NCBI GenBank assembly: GCA_965261735.1 | Contig: OZ253470.1 | Location: forward strand, 1,248,001 to 1,312,000 | DNA: 64,000 nucleotides | Direction of reading: 5' to 3' | Origin: Alphaproteobacteria bacterium | GTDB taxonomy: Bacteria; Pseudomonadota; Alphaproteobacteria; SHVV01 | Shown: positions 63,386 through 64,000 of the stretch, one piece after another | How the letters are laid out: each line of letters starts with the position of its first letter | How positions within the stretch are numbered: position 1 is the first letter of the stretch | Notes under the pieces: model-generated | What the model saw: the letters and a program-made list of their open reading frames with translations, nothing else | Databases searched by the model: none | Told to the model about the DNA's origin: nothing | Made by a program: the position numbers and the translations under genes

Positions 63386-63679
63386 ATGGCGAAGGCTTAT
63401 TGGATTTCGATGTATCGATCGATCTCTAACCCGGACGCGCTGGCCGAGTACGCCAAGCTCGCCGGGCCAGCGATTGCGGCTGCTGGCGGCACGTTCCTCG
63501 CCCGCGGCGGCAAGGTGCAGGCCTACGAGTCGGGGTTGGACCAACGCGTGGTCGTGATCGAGTTCCCGAGCTTCGAGCAGGCCACGGCCGCGCACGACAG
63601 CGCCGCCTACGGCGCGGCCCTCGAAAAGCTGGGTAGCGCGGTCGACCGCGATCTGCGCATCGTCGAGGGGCTTGAATAG
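63386..63679 (+). CDS. DUF1330 family protein
   Basis: YAKLAGPAI.AAGG.FLARGG...E..RVVVIEFPS...RDLRIVEG. Confidence 0.9.
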   Translation: MAKAYWISMYRSISNPDALAEYAKLAGPAIAAAGGTFLARGGKVQAYESGLDQRVVVIEFPSFEQATAAHDSAAYGAALEKLGSAVDRDLRIVEGLE

Positions 63680-63701
63680 GAGCGCCGCGCGCTTGCGGGA
63701 T

Positions 63702-64000
63702 TCAGGGCCCGGCCGGGTTCGATTCTCGCAGAGTAGGTTCAAGTGAACGCGGCAAGCGCGCCATGTAGATGTCGACGTCTCCGTTGTCGGCGGGCGCGTG
63801 GCCGACCACGGCACCTTGGTCGGGTTCGAGGAGGATCGTTGGCCGCTCGCCCAGCGGCTCGCCCGACACGACCCGGGCCCATAACGCCTCGCCAAGAATC
63901 GTCTGAGCGCGGTCAATGCCGTGCTCGTTAAAGTACCCCCGCGTCGCGGCGCCGGCTGCGACGAGCGCGCCGCTCCGCGCTGCCCGGAACACCGGGTCGG
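63702..64000 (-). CDS. Hypothetical protein, C-terminal part (runs off the window)
   Basis: Open frame with plausible composition (YFNEHGIDRAQTILGEALW...); family not recognised. Confidence 0.4.
   Translation of the reverse strand, partial: DPVFRAARSGALVAAGAATRGYFNEHGIDRAQTILGEALWARVVSGEPLGERPTILLEPDQGAVVGHAPADNGDVDIYMARLPRSLEPTLRESNPAGP

Overview
A GC-rich chromosomal window, most likely from an alphaproteobacterium (inferred from DUF2794, DUF2093, DUF3035, an alpha-type CheZ and the ribF-ileS-lspA-DUF3035...M16-M16...mutL order). Intact housekeeping and catabolic genes include ribF, ileS, lspA, pgi, mutL, rsmD, a pseudouridine synthase, tadA, purD, xseA, a peptide ABC transporter, a 2-oxoacid dehydrogenase E1a/E1b/E2/E3 cluster and acyl-CoA enzymes. 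Between them are many eroded accessory genes with nonsense codons, frameshifts and deletion-fusion scars. Four insertion sequences are visible. (1) A complete IS1111-type IS110 element has a 3' non-coding region containing guide-like matches to its own target site and donor junction (bridge RNA/seekRNA architecture). (2) A passenger-carrying IS1595 with 25-bp IRs and an 8-bp TSD sits in merP. (3) An internally deleted IS21 with a 5-bp TSD splits a membrane protein-GDCCVxC ORF of a mer-like operon that has no merA. (4) An IS1595 remnant lies between a truncated GST and a truncated persulfide dioxygenase. A candidate hairpin sRNA with a C10 loop lies at about 7.1 kb. I saw no rRNA, tRNA or CRISPR array. 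Family assignments come from motif recognition by eye, not from database searches.
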